Source of the DNA: Octopus bimaculoides
Taxonomy: Eukaryota
Direction: 5' to 3'
DNA: 64,000 nt
Assembly: GCF_001194135.2 (NCBI RefSeq)
Contig: NC_068998.1
Span: forward strand, 33,922,695 to 33,986,694
Both the position numbers and the translations under genes were made by a program. Under the pieces are notes generated by a model. It saw nothing but the letters and a program-made list of their open reading frames with translations, was not told where the DNA came from and ran no database searches. Positions 63,614 to 64,000 of this stretch are shown here, one piece after another. Every line of letters begins with the position of its first letter. Positions within the stretch are counted from its first letter, which is position 1.

Positions 63614-63947
63614 CATCATCATCATCATCATCATCGTTTAACGTCCGCTTTCCATGCTAGCATGGGTTGGACGATTTAACTGAGGACTGGTGAAACCGGA
63701 TGGCAACACCAGGCTCCAATCTAATTTGGCAGAGTTTCTACAGCTGGATGCCCTTCCTAACGCCAACCACTCAGAGAGTGTAGTGGGTGCTTTTACGTGT
63801 CACCCGCACGAAGGCCAGTCAGGCGGTACTGGCAATGGCCACGCTCGAAATGGTGTCTTTTATGTGCCACCCGCACAAAAGCCAGTCATGGGGCACTGGC
63901 AAAGATCTCGCTCGAAAACCCTACGAAGGCCAGTCAAGCGGCACTGG

Positions 63948-63950
<3 letters not shown>
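63614..63950 (-). mobile_element. Young RTE-tail repeat
   Basis: catcatcgtttaacgtccgctttccatgctagcatgggttggacg...; near-identical to 30173-30418. Confidence 0.9.
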
Positions 63951-63988
<38 letters not shown>

Positions 63989-64000
63989 TGTATAAATCTT

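Overview
This is AT-rich eukaryotic DNA, interrupted by 13 N-gaps and saturated with microsatellites and retroposons. The repeat content (tRNA-derived SINEs, RTE LINEs ending in (GAT)n, Penelope-like tails) resembles an Octopus-type cephalopod genome from a gapped assembly; this is an inference. No complete, recognisable protein-coding gene is present, and most ORFs in the track are translated microsatellites or gaps. Supportable content is mainly mobile-element debris: an internally deleted Helitron, two mariner derivatives (one built from two 5' ends facing each other), a Tc1 relic, a Ty3/gypsy integrase relic, three R4/Dong-type LINE pieces, RTE LINE 3' ends, two hAT-type MITEs, dozens of SINEs and several Penelope-like (PLE) termini. 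The most striking structure is an apparently complete type I hammerhead ribozyme on the minus strand (36917-37006). Four more degenerate hammerhead-like motifs and several long palindromes lie in other PLE-like termini. A few non-repetitive minus-strand segments at 52.8-62.5 kb have good splice signals and may be exons of an unidentified large-intron transcript, but this is unproven.
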